Shown here one piece after another: positions 28,670-37,398 of a DNA stretch of 46,488 bases. This DNA comes from a virus (lineage: Duplodnaviria > Caudoviricetes): positions 1 to 46,488 of IMG/VR virus record IMGVR_UViG_3300032373_000024; one strand, written 5' to 3'. Both the position numbers and the translations under genes were made by a program. Every line of letters starts with the position of its first letter. The stretch's first letter is position 1. The notes below the pieces were generated by a model. That model was not told the origin of the DNA. It was given only the letters and a program-made list of their open reading frames with translations, and did no database searches.

Positions 28670-28702
28670 TCTGACCTCTATTTGTTGTTTTGCTGTGATT
28701 TA
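28667..28702. repeat. 36-bp intergenic direct repeat, copy 2
   Basis: 33/36 identical to 28274-28309. Confidence 0.9.
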
Positions 28703-28870
28703 AACCTTCTCACCAATTCTGTTTAATATTGAATTCTGCTTATCCGACAACTCATAGCCCTCGCCTTTCTCATCAAGTGATTCAATGAAGTCGCATTCCC
28801 ACGAAGACAGTTTATCGTCATTTTTTAATGCTCGCTCGATAGTTTTTTCTTGAAAAGTATTCATCATCAT
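28700..28870 (-). CDS. Small hypothetical protein (56 aa)
   Basis: Manual translation ...LSSWECDFIESL...LSDKQNSILNRI...; GAGG RBS. Confidence 0.55.
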   Translation of the reverse strand: MMMNTFQEKTIERALKNDDKLSSWECDFIESLDEKGEGYELSDKQNSILNRIGEKV

Positions 28871-28882
28871 TCCTCTTTGTTG

Positions 28883-29200
28883 TTAAAAATGCTCTTCGGT
28901 GTCATCTCCGCCAGTTGGCGGCTTTGGGAGTAAGTTTCTAATTTTTTGCAACCTTTCAGCTATTTTCAGATCACCTTTATATCTTAATGTATGATAAAAC
29001 GTTGGATCTAGGTTTTTTGGTAATTCTTCTGGTGATTCTTTTGGCGCGAAACTTAAAATAAACCTAACCTCTTCCTCGCTTATCCACTCAGTTTGTTTAT
29101 AGCCAAGCTCATTCAAGATAAGCTGGCTAGCTATTTCATCCATAGTCATTAGTTTGCCGTTTTTCAGTATTTCTCCGTTGTGTACGTGAAATTCACTCAC
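28883..29200 (-). CDS. Hypothetical protein
   Basis: 105-aa coupled ORF. Confidence 0.55.
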   Translation of the reverse strand: MSEFHVHNGEILKNGKLMTMDEIASQLILNELGYKQTEWISEEEVRFILSFAPKESPEELPKNLDPTFYHTLRYKGDLKIAERLQKIRNLLPKPPTGGDDTEEHF

Positions 29201-29391
29201 TTAACACGCTCCTGTAGCTTTTCATAAGTTTCTATCATTGATTTAAGTGTCTTGTTTTCTGCTTCGAGTAGAAGTTTTTCACCTTCAAGAAACGACTTTC
29301 TATTCAAACCGGCTACGATATCATGATCAAACATTACGTGACCGTCCTGGGTTATTCCTTTTCGTGTTGTTTTGTATTTAGCGAAGCTCAT
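29197..29391 (-). CDS. Hypothetical protein
   Basis: 64 aa with RBS. Confidence 0.55.
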   Translation of the reverse strand: MSFAKYKTTRKGITQDGHVMFDHDIVAGLNRKSFLEGEKLLLEAENKTLKSMIETYEKLQERVK

Positions 29392-29394
29392 AAT

Positions 29395-29649
29395 CTATTT
29401 ATCCTTTGAATCAATTATTAGAACCATTCCATCTTCAGGATGCCCGTGAATTAAAAGTTTGCCTCCTGGTGATAAGCTATAAAGAGGCGTTCCGTCACAA
29501 TCTCTGGTTAATTCACCAACAAACAAACGCGCACCGTTATCTAACCCCACTAAATCGCCTACTTTAAAAGTGTGCCCTTTAGCATTATTGATTTCTCGAT
29601 AAGTTTTGCCGTTGCCACTATCTAAATCTGCTGCATTTATAAAATTCAT
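29395..29649 (-). CDS. Hypothetical protein (small SH3-like beta fold candidate)
   Basis: H.FKVGDLV....G.RLFV....RDCDGTPLYSL pattern. Confidence 0.55.
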   Translation of the reverse strand: MNFINAADLDSGNGKTYREINNAKGHTFKVGDLVGLDNGARLFVGELTRDCDGTPLYSLSPGGKLLIHGHPEDGMVLIIDSKDK

Positions 29650-29664
29650 TCTATTTATCCTTTG

Positions 29665-29895
29665 TTATTTAACTTGTTTATAATTTACCGGTATAGGCGC
29701 GCTATCTCTTCTAACTCCATGTCCTCCGCACTCTTGACAACCACACCCATCACAGCCAGAGCACTCGTGTGTGAACTTTCCATCAACACATACCAACCCA
29801 TTCCACATAAAATAATTTTTTCTTCCGTCAAGCTTAATCTCGGCTAACTTTTCAGCCTGTTTATGTTCAAGGTATTCTAAAGACACTCTATTCAC
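29665..29895 (-). CDS. Cys-rich DnaJ-zinc-finger-like small protein
   Basis: CSGC.G.GC.ECGG.G. Confidence 0.55.
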   Translation of the reverse strand: MNRVSLEYLEHKQAEKLAEIKLDGRKNYFMWNGLVCVDGKFTHECSGCDGCGCQECGGHGVRRDSAPIPVNYKQVK

Positions 29896-30505
29896 CTTTT
29901 GTTAGTTGTTTAATCTCTAAATTAAATTGTTTTCTCATGTCGAATAGTTCTTGACCTGTCCATTTTTTTACCTTGTCAGATTCGCAATATTTAATTATTT
30001 TGTTAGCTTTTTCCTTTCCGAACCTTAGCTCAAGCCCTTTTAGATAGCCTGCTGAGTTCTTATTTCCACCTATGTTTCCGCTCAATCCCATGTTGCAATA
30101 TCGATTACACTGTAGATAAGTATTCATTTCGTCGTATCTAAGCGACCCTTGAGAGCCTACGGTCTTAAAATGACCACAGCACCAATCCGTGCTGGTCTTA
30201 CCGCAACTTATGCAATAAGGCTCTAGCCCTCTGTCTGAGAACCATTTAAACTCTTGTAATCTTCTTAGCTTGTTAAACACTGCTTGAGTTAACTTGTGTT
30301 GATGCCTTACATCGTTAATTTGGAAAACCTTTTTTCTTAAAACGTGATCTTTCTTTTCCTTAGTTTTAATCTTCTTTCCACCTTCCCTTATTGCGTACTC
30401 AATAATGCAGTCTTGCGAGTGGAAGTTGCCAGCCGGTAGAGGTGTCATTTGATCTCTTGGGAATCTATCCTTGCAATTTGTGCATTTTAAAGTAGCTGTT
30501 GCCAT
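29888..30505 (-). CDS. ninG: NinG (Rap)-family recombination endonuclease
   Basis: CISCG.....CGHFKTVG....LRYD..N..LQCN..CN..LSGNI. Confidence 0.88.
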   Translation of the reverse strand: MATATLKCTNCKDRFPRDQMTPLPAGNFHSQDCIIEYAIREGGKKIKTKEKKDHVLRKKVFQINDVRHQHKLTQAVFNKLRRLQEFKWFSDRGLEPYCISCGKTSTDWCCGHFKTVGSQGSLRYDEMNTYLQCNRYCNMGLSGNIGGNKNSAGYLKGLELRFGKEKANKIIKYCESDKVKKWTGQELFDMRKQFNLEIKQLTKGE

Positions 30506-30691
30506 TATTTACTTACCCTTTAATCAGTTTAGATATAATCTTATGCGTCTTAGTGTTTGCGTTTATAATTGCCGTGCTTAGCGTTATGTCGTCCCTGATT
30601 ATTAATCCACCGTAAAATAATATGATCATATTATCGGCGTTAGTGAAGTCTTTTTTTTCAAAGTAATTTATATTTCTTATGTTATCCATTG

Positions 30692-30898
30692 TTATTTACT
30701 CCGCTGTCTTTCTGAATATGATGCGCCCCAATAACCTAGTATTTCTTTTGTTTGCTGCAATGTTGCTCCTTGATGCCTGATACCTATAGCCGCGTCAAAC
30801 ATATTTACCGAGCCGGACTTCCTTAAATCATCAAGATAATCAAGATGCTCGTCAGTTACAAATGATGGTCTTATTACTTTGTTCATGTATTTACCCAA
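30692..30898 (-). CDS. Hypothetical protein
   Basis: YLD.LR.SG.VNMF.A pattern. Confidence 0.55.
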   Translation of the reverse strand: MGKYMNKVIRPSFVTDEHLDYLDDLRKSGSVNMFDAAIGIRHQGATLQQTKEILGYWGASYSERQRSK

Positions 30899-31086
30899 TC
30901 AACACACAAACTTACACTGTCGTGCATCTTTTCCATTTGTTTATTCGTTAGGCTGCCAAAATCAGAAGGGGAGCCGTCACAAAAATTAATTTCTATAATG
31001 TGTTTGGCGAACTCTTCCATCAACTTAACACTGCCGATTGTTGGTTCTTCGTTAATTCTTTTGTTGTAAAACTCTCTTGCTTGCAT
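30883..31086 (-). CDS. Hypothetical protein
   Basis: 67 aa with AAGGA RBS. Confidence 0.5.
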   Translation of the reverse strand: MQAREFYNKRINEEPTIGSVKLMEEFAKHIIEINFCDGSPSDFGSLTNKQMEKMHDSVSLCVDWVNT

Positions 31087-31091
31087 TTTGT

Positions 31092-31508
31092 TTATTCCTT
31101 ATAGTTTTTTTCTGGTAATCGTTTGTCGCTAAAATGATTGATTATTTCGTTGATGTATCTAGCGCCTTGGTCTGGGCTTAAGCGGCTTGTTACGTCCATC
31201 AAGTCCATTGATAGTAGTTGATCTTCATAACTCACTGATAGCATCATTGTGCGCCACCTGGTAGCTGATTCTGGATCACCTTCAAACAATATTTGTAATC
31301 CAAAAGTAAATTTACAATAACGCCTATATTCAACGGCTGTCATATCACCTTGTTTTTCTAACATTTCGTAAGCTTTGTAAATCCAAGCGTTCTGCTTAAG
31401 TGTTCGAGTGCCAGTGCTTATTTTAACATTCAACCATTTATGTTTTTCAAACGATCCATCTAATTCTATGTGGGCATCAAGTAATGATTGATTGCTATTT
31501 ATTATCAT
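31092..31508 (-). CDS. NinB-like protein (paralogue 1)
   Basis: RTLKQNA...Y, CK..FG and VTS.L...Q...Y pattern. Confidence 0.55.
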   Translation of the reverse strand: MIINSNQSLLDAHIELDGSFEKHKWLNVKISTGTRTLKQNAWIYKAYEMLEKQGDMTAVEYRRYCKFTFGLQILFEGDPESATRWRTMMLSVSYEDQLLSMDLMDVTSRLSPDQGARYINEIINHFSDKRLPEKNYKE

Positions 31509-32040
31509 TTAAAAGCTCTGGATGCTGGTGAATATTTCCGATTACTTCAAAATACATTGATCTATCTTCGCTTTTCCACTCGTGGCGAGTTAAGTGATTT
31601 TTGGCATAGCAGTCTTTAACCATTAGCACTTGTGTATTATTTTCATCAAAATACCCATAATCCAGATTTTTGAACTCTTCGCTCAATGTATTCGACATTG
31701 GGTATTGATTGTAACCTTCACTTACCCACATTAATTTTTGAAAAACTAACTTAATTCCTAGATCACCGTAAGTGACTTTATAAATACAGTCGTGATAGTT
31801 CTCGCCATTATTTGATGTATAAAATACATTTATTAGATCGTCTTGATAAATCTCAACGCCGTTCTTATCTTTTAGTCCTGTGTATTGCATTAAAGGATAA
31901 TCTTGTTTGTGCGACTCAAATTCAGAAAGTGTAAATATATGTCCACCTGATAACTCAAAATCACAATAACCACCTTTACCCATAAACAACATTCTTTCCC
32001 CGTCCCAAGCTCTAAATTTTATTTCTCTCATTCTATCCAC
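31495..32040 (-). CDS. YopX-family protein
   Basis: REIKFRAWD, MQYTGLKDKNG.EIY..D and EVIGNIHQHPELL motifs. Confidence 0.9.
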   Translation of the reverse strand: MDRMREIKFRAWDGERMLFMGKGGYCDFELSGGHIFTLSEFESHKQDYPLMQYTGLKDKNGVEIYQDDLINVFYTSNNGENYHDCIYKVTYGDLGIKLVFQKLMWVSEGYNQYPMSNTLSEEFKNLDYGYFDENNTQVLMVKDCYAKNHLTRHEWKSEDRSMYFEVIGNIHQHPELLNDNK

Positions 32041-32356
32041 CTATTGCCCTACTGCTTGCGCCTAAAAACTTATTGAATAAGGAACATTTTCCGTCTTGGA
32101 TTTCAGGAACTTTTTTGGTTTTTCTACTTTCTCTATCCCTTTCAGACTGAGTTACAATCGAACCGCGCTTGTAGTTTAATGCTGCATCCTTACTTTTTTT
32201 TATGTCAGACTCTAGCCATAAAAATTCTACTTGAAAATGAGTTCCCACCTGCTGAGTTTTGTGACTTGGTATAATGCCTTTTTCAACTCTGCATCTAAAA
32301 ACGCCAACAGTTATTCCGATGTATTTTGCAGCTTCTTTAATTGTTAAATATTCCAT
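32033..32356 (-). CDS. Excisionase-like HTH DNA-binding protein
   Basis: YLTIKEAAKYIGIT.......KGIIP. Confidence 0.7.
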   Translation of the reverse strand: MEYLTIKEAAKYIGITVGVFRCRVEKGIIPSHKTQQVGTHFQVEFLWLESDIKKSKDAALNYKRGSIVTQSERDRESRKTKKVPEIQDGKCSLFNKFLGASSRAIGG

Positions 32357-32368
32357 AAGTCACCTTGT

Positions 32369-32782
32369 TTATTCCTTATAGTTTCGACCGTCATAGTTAG
32401 GGAAATTAAAGCTTACGCCGTGGTTTTCTCCCATGTGTCGGTTAATTACTTCGTAAACCTTGCTGACTTGCTCGGTATTGAGTTTTGTTGTCGAGTTGGT
32501 ATCGAACATCGTTTTTTGTATTGGCTTCCACACAAGCGATTTAATTAGCTCTTGAGTCCACGGTATAGATGCGTCTTGCTTCAATGTTGTCATTATGTCT
32601 TTACCGGAATCGCTTAATTTCTTAGCCAGCATATTACAATAAACCTCGATAGCCTTCCTTTGTTGGTCGGTTCGCTTCGGCTTTTCGATTAACACTGTAA
32701 TTTTATTACCAGCAATGTAGGCATTCCTTATTTTTTCATCAATATCTTCATAGTCGTGTATGCTGGTGATTTCGTGTTTCAT
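32369..32782 (-). CDS. NinB-like protein (paralogue 2)
   Basis: KRT.QQ.KA..VYC..LA and STTKL.T.Q...VY motifs. Confidence 0.6.
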   Translation of the reverse strand: MKHEITSIHDYEDIDEKIRNAYIAGNKITVLIEKPKRTDQQRKAIEVYCNMLAKKLSDSGKDIMTTLKQDASIPWTQELIKSLVWKPIQKTMFDTNSTTKLNTEQVSKVYEVINRHMGENHGVSFNFPNYDGRNYKE

Positions 32783-32799
32783 TCTATCCGCCTATTTCC

Positions 32800-33264
32800 T
32801 CAGAAAGGTATATCGTCGTCAAACGAGTTACCAAAATCACCACTTGGCTGTTGTGCTTTGTTTGCATCATTTTGATATTGTACGCTTCCTCTAGATTCGC
32901 TTTGCTGTTGCTGCCCCTCTTGCTTGCTGCCTAGCATTTGCATCACGCCGTTAAAACTATCAACGATAACTTTTGTTGAATACTTATCAACTCCAGTGGT
33001 CTTATCTTGGTATTTTTCAACTGCAAATTTTCCAGCTATGTAAATTTTATCGCCTTTTTTTATGTATTTTTGCGCAATATCTGCCAGATTTCCGAATATA
33101 GTTACCGGTATCCATGTGCATTTTTCTTGCTTTTGCCCTTGCTTATCCTTCCACGACTCGTTACACGCGATAGATAGACTTGTTATTGCCTTTCCTGTCG
33201 GTGTAAATCTAGTTTCAATCGTTCCAACATTACCGATAAATTCACATCTATTTAAATCATTCAT
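32800..33264 (-). CDS. ssb: Single-stranded DNA-binding protein
   Basis: OB-fold SSB motifs and C-terminal FDDDIPF. Confidence 0.95.
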   Translation of the reverse strand: MNDLNRCEFIGNVGTIETRFTPTGKAITSLSIACNESWKDKQGQKQEKCTWIPVTIFGNLADIAQKYIKKGDKIYIAGKFAVEKYQDKTTGVDKYSTKVIVDSFNGVMQMLGSKQEGQQQQSESRGSVQYQNDANKAQQPSGDFGNSFDDDIPF

Positions 33265-33394
33265 TGCTTTGCTACCTTTTTTAATACATCTCTAAATAGT
33301 TTGTTTTTTTTGTCATCATTATATCTATCTTGGCGATGTCTATAATTTGGTCTGCTTTTTTCTTGTTGATTGGTGCTCATTGTTTATTCCTTAT

Positions 33395-34468
33395 TTATTT
33401 GTCAATATCATCAAAAATAGATCTTGACCCATCCTCATTAAGAAGTGTCATCGGCTGATATATACTGATTATATTAAAAAGCTCTTGCGCTGCTTCTTTT
33501 GGCAGTTTGTAACTACTGCAAAACTCCTCAAGATCATCTATTAAGCAACGCTTATTTGCTTTAGGCTCTTCTAAGGATTGCTCAACTGGCAGATCATCAG
33601 CTTCTTCCTGCTTTGTTTTTTCTTCCATCCCAGTATCGATAACTTTTTTATTCGCTTCCCATTCCTGATCTTCTTTTATCGCGCTATCCCAGATAGATAG
33701 AAATTTTAATTTTTCTTCATCTTCTTTTTTCTGAGCATCAATTGCATCTTGCTTCGCTTGAAGTTCTTTTTCTTTTTCTTGCTGCTTAAGTTTTATTTCT
33801 AAATTATCAGCATCAATTTTCGCTTGACGTGCTTCAAGCTTTTCTCGTTCTTTTTCTAATCGATCACTTTCGACCCTTCGCGCTTCGTCCTGCTTAGCCT
33901 GCTCCTTAGCGCCGTGCAACGCTGACTCAATCATAAACCTTGAGGCCGATAACGATCCTTTTGCTTCGATCTCGAACTCTTCAAGTGAGTCGTCTATGAT
34001 GATGCTGTTTAATGAATTTAATTTATTTTCGATTGCTTCTATAGTTTCACCAAATAAAACATTCCCAAGATTAGCTATTTCGGATAGTGTTTTTTTATGA
34101 TTTGTGATGCGTTCAAGCTCAACTCGTTCCTTTTCGGCTTTTTCTTCAGCTTTTTTCTTTTCCCAAGCCTTAACCGTTTCTTGCAATGGAGTTTCGATTT
34201 TAACGACAAGAGCAGTTAAGCGAGCAGCTTCTTCTTTATTTAAAGCGATAGCGTCTTTAAATGGCTTAACACCCGCTTTAAATGCTTTATCAATACTAGT
34301 ACGCATTGAAACCGTGTGTGTGCGAGCAGCTTTGCATGATTCAAAAGTCTTGTTGTCACCAATTACCAAACCTTTGTACTTTTTCGCAACAGCGGCTATT
34401 TCTTTGTCGTTTGTCCCAAGCGCTACAAGTTCAGTTTTCTTTTGCTTGATTATTTTTTTTGCTGTCAT
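33395..34468 (-). CDS. Long coiled-coil protein of the recombination module (DUF1351/Gam-like)
   Basis: 357 aa, K/E-rich; lies between recT and ssb. Confidence 0.55.
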   Translation of the reverse strand: MTAKKIIKQKKTELVALGTNDKEIAAVAKKYKGLVIGDNKTFESCKAARTHTVSMRTSIDKAFKAGVKPFKDAIALNKEEAARLTALVVKIETPLQETVKAWEKKKAEEKAEKERVELERITNHKKTLSEIANLGNVLFGETIEAIENKLNSLNSIIIDDSLEEFEIEAKGSLSASRFMIESALHGAKEQAKQDEARRVESDRLEKEREKLEARQAKIDADNLEIKLKQQEKEKELQAKQDAIDAQKKEDEEKLKFLSIWDSAIKEDQEWEANKKVIDTGMEEKTKQEEADDLPVEQSLEEPKANKRCLIDDLEEFCSSYKLPKEAAQELFNIISIYQPMTLLNEDGSRSIFDDIDK

Positions 34469-34470
34469 TG

Positions 34471-35289
34471 CTATTCTCCTTGGATTGGCTCTACTGTCTT
34501 ATTTAGCGATCGACCTTTTGCGTTATACGCATTCATTAGATTTTTGCGCTCTTCACCTTCAGGCACTTGGGCTAAAGTAGCGCTCAATTCAACTAGTTCC
34601 TCAACTGATTGACAAGCCTCTATTTGTTCAAAATAACCTCTTTCTTCCTTCTCATTGACTGGCTCTTTTGCAGGTGAGTTTTTTATAAAATCTGATACCT
34701 TGTTGGTTTTTGCTGTTGCCTCTGGCGCTGCGTTGACCTGCTTTATTGATTGATAGTCTTGGACTTCTTCGGCAACTCCCATGCCCTTTAACGCTTCTGG
34801 AAAAAGGTCGCGTAAACAAAAAGATCTCGCTCTCATTTGTAGCATTCTTTTTGGGTATTGCTTCCATGGTCCCTGTTTAGTCCAAAGATTGGCTGTGATA
34901 GCGTCATCTTTTGAAAAGCGAACTGAATATGGTTCGTTGTTATCTTTGCGCTTAGCGGTACATGTCGCAGTCATTGTTTCTTGATCGAACGACTCGTGTA
35001 CGAACTCACACATGTGGTAAGATCGTGCGATAGCGATTAAGGCATCGCCCCAGATAGTAGGTCGCCCGTTAATCACTGCAATGTTTTGCAGTGCTTGCAT
35101 GGGCTTCAATCCAACCTCTTGACCCATCTGTACGCAAACCATGATGTTTCCTGGTTTCCTTTTGTAGTCACTTGGTACCAAGTCTGACTCAGACATCATT
35201 TCAGCCATTTTCATATTAGCGACCATATCGCCACCAGAAAACGAAAATATGTCTTTTTCTTGCTCTACTTCTGTTAGATCTTTGTTCAT
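34471..35289 (-). CDS. recT: RecT-like ssDNA-annealing protein
   Basis: G.E.GL.PMQALQNIAVINGRP..WGD and W..YPKRMLQMRAR.F.LRD.FP motifs. Confidence 0.85.
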   Translation of the reverse strand: MNKDLTEVEQEKDIFSFSGGDMVANMKMAEMMSESDLVPSDYKRKPGNIMVCVQMGQEVGLKPMQALQNIAVINGRPTIWGDALIAIARSYHMCEFVHESFDQETMTATCTAKRKDNNEPYSVRFSKDDAITANLWTKQGPWKQYPKRMLQMRARSFCLRDLFPEALKGMGVAEEVQDYQSIKQVNAAPEATAKTNKVSDFIKNSPAKEPVNEKEERGYFEQIEACQSVEELVELSATLAQVPEGEERKNLMNAYNAKGRSLNKTVEPIQGE

Positions 35290-36132
35290 TTATATCTCCT
35301 TAGCCATAACCCAGCTTGGTAATGATATTTCAGTTATTTTGTCACGGTTGTGACCCTTGTAAATTCCTGAATCTACCGATTTTTTGATATTTTTCAAAGC
35401 TTCTCTATATTCCCGATAACCGATATCAAGCGCATCTTCTGACAAAGTGTATATCGCTGTTAAATATGGGGCTGATGATTCAACGCAAATGAAGATAAAA
35501 TCATCCATCGGTTGACCTATAGCCCTCATCCCGTCTAAATACATAGCGGCACTAATGTGATAACCGAACTTATAAATCGTTTTTTGGAACTCTGCCCGTG
35601 ATGCGTCTTTTGTGCTTTTTAAGTCTGCAATAAATAAACCCTCTCTCCAAATATCAGGCCTTACCCTCAGATCAAGCCCTGTTTCTTCATCAGTCCAAAA
35701 GACACTGCTTTCTACTATTGAATGCTCGAGCAATGACTTTGCGTTAAAGTTGTAATCTAAAGCCCTTTTCATGTTTAATACTTTTCTTTCGGTATCGATA
35801 GATATAATATTTTTATTTGCTGCTTCATCCAAAAAGATCTGATAATCAGCTTTTCCTTGTTTTGTTCTTTTGTCAATTTTTGGCTCAGTTATAAATTCAC
35901 TTTCAAATAATTCTGGTTCCATCCAAGCCGTGTGAATTGCAGTACCCAATCCCATTGCAGCGCTTTCAACTCTTGGTAATGCTTTGTCTATATGCTTAGC
36001 TCTAAAAAATGCCATTGGATGATTATATTCGACTGCATCCTTTATCTGGCTAGATGAGAAAGACGGCAAGTTATGATAATCTTCATTACTTAAATCTTTA
36101 ATTATTTCAAATTTTTTCGTTTCAGTTTTCAT
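35290..36132 (-). CDS. recE: RecE/exonuclease VIII-like PD-(D/E)XK nuclease (DUF3799-like)
   Basis: N.DYH, GTA.H...EP, E.S.FW.D, RPD...DLKST and YH..AA.Y motifs. Confidence 0.88.
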   Translation of the reverse strand: MKTETKKFEIIKDLSNEDYHNLPSFSSSQIKDAVEYNHPMAFFRAKHIDKALPRVESAAMGLGTAIHTAWMEPELFESEFITEPKIDKRTKQGKADYQIFLDEAANKNIISIDTERKVLNMKRALDYNFNAKSLLEHSIVESSVFWTDEETGLDLRVRPDIWREGLFIADLKSTKDASRAEFQKTIYKFGYHISAAMYLDGMRAIGQPMDDFIFICVESSAPYLTAIYTLSEDALDIGYREYREALKNIKKSVDSGIYKGHNRDKITEISLPSWVMAKEI

Positions 36133-36206
36133 ATCTCAGCCCCCATAAGTGCGATTATTAATATTACTATGCACCAAGTTGATTAACATTGATTTAGTTG
36201 TTGGTT

Positions 36207-36443
36207 TCACACCGAATTCCTCTCTATTAATATTTGGTCGAGTTCAGCTTCTTCAAAGTCGTCAACCATAACACCGCTACACTTAAATATTGGGTTTCTT
36301 GGATAGTGGACTTCTACGCTTGGCGGAATATCCCAAGAGCCTCTATCACGTTCTATGCGATAACTAATGTCTAATTCATCGACATGAGTCTCTACCCATT
36401 TATCACCAACGCATACTTGAATTTGTTTGTTCATTATATTCAC
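36207..36443 (-). CDS. Hypothetical protein
   Basis: 78 aa, first gene after the leftward promoter. Confidence 0.5.
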   Translation of the reverse strand: MNIMNKQIQVCVGDKWVETHVDELDISYRIERDRGSWDIPPSVEVHYPRNPIFKCSGVMVDDFEEAELDQILIERNSV

Positions 36444-36461
36444 CTGATTAGTTTTAAATGC

Positions 36462-36511
36462 TTAACTTTTTTCGATGTGTGTAGTATAATGCTTGCTAAT
36501 CAATAACGCAA
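36462..36511. promoter_or_regulatory. Overlapping divergent sigma70-like promoters
   Basis: Minus: TTGCGT-17-TATACT (36511-36483). Plus: TTAACT-17-TATAAT (36462-36490). Confidence 0.6.
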
Positions 36512-36529
36512 TACATATTTAAGGAATTT

Positions 36530-36727
36530 ATGAAAAAGATTAATATTTTAAAACTAGCGCTAAATAAAGCTAATATAAGTCAGATAGATGCGGCTAAGCA
36601 TTTCGGTGTTAATCCGAATACGGTCAACCAGCAATGCAATTCTAATGACTTGAAATTATCAACAATTTTAAAGTATGCTGAATTGTGCAAAATGCAGGTT
36701 TCTGAGTTAATAGCTCTTAGTGAGTGA
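36530..36727 (+). CDS. Cro/CI-type (XRE) HTH regulator; the only credible plus-strand gene
   Basis: ISQ.DAAK.FGV.PNTV.Q helix-turn-helix; AAGGA RBS. Confidence 0.85.
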   Translation: MKKINILKLALNKANISQIDAAKHFGVNPNTVNQQCNSNDLKLSTILKYAELCKMQVSELIALSE

Positions 36728-37345
36728 TTAACCCCACTGATTAGCCATTCCTTGCGCTATACCTTTAAACGTAGTTGACCTTATTTTCCATCGGTATTTT
36801 GATGGCGGCAAGTGAAAAATCCTCTCTCTGACGTTTTTTGGTAGTTCCATCATTTCATCATAGACATTGTTTTCTTCAATAAGCGGCTTGAGGTTATGCA
36901 AATGAAGACCTGTTTTCTTTTGTTCTAAGTGTCCGAATTGATACGGTTGCACATAGTTAGCTTTTGGAATACCCCCTAACCTGTGAAGAACTCCAACAGG
37001 ATTCTCAAAACAAACTCTCTCAGCTTTAGACTTGCATAACTCCCAAAACTCCATTGTCCATTTAACAGCGTCAAGTCTTTCCTGGTACCTTGGCATTCCT
37101 TCGCCATAGTGTCTATTCCCAGATACACATAACTTAGTACATTCTGGATGAGCGATAATTAAATCAAAATATCCTGATTCGGTTTTGTTTAGGTATTCGA
37201 TGATATCTCCTTGGTGGTGCCTGCCTGGTGAATCAGTTGGCAGTAAGTCGCAACTAACAGAATCATGCCCTTTATTTTTAAAAGCGTCTCTAACGACTCC
37301 GCTGTACTCGCAAGCAACTAGGACATTTTTCTTTAATACATTCAT
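36728..37345 (-). CDS. Short DNA cytosine methyltransferase-like protein
   Basis: VLVACEYSG.VRDAF, DLIIAHPECT, ENPVG, QP.QFGH...K.T.L and RS.TF.GIA..MA.QWG motifs. Confidence 0.75.
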   Translation of the reverse strand: MNVLKKNVLVACEYSGVVRDAFKNKGHDSVSCDLLPTDSPGRHHQGDIIEYLNKTESGYFDLIIAHPECTKLCVSGNRHYGEGMPRYQERLDAVKWTMEFWELCKSKAERVCFENPVGVLHRLGGIPKANYVQPYQFGHLEQKKTGLHLHNLKPLIEENNVYDEMMELPKNVRERIFHLPPSKYRWKIRSTTFKGIAQGMANQWG

Positions 37346-37398
37346 ATAAACTTACACCATCGGTTAAGCAGTTCTATCATTATTTAACCCTCTTTGGT

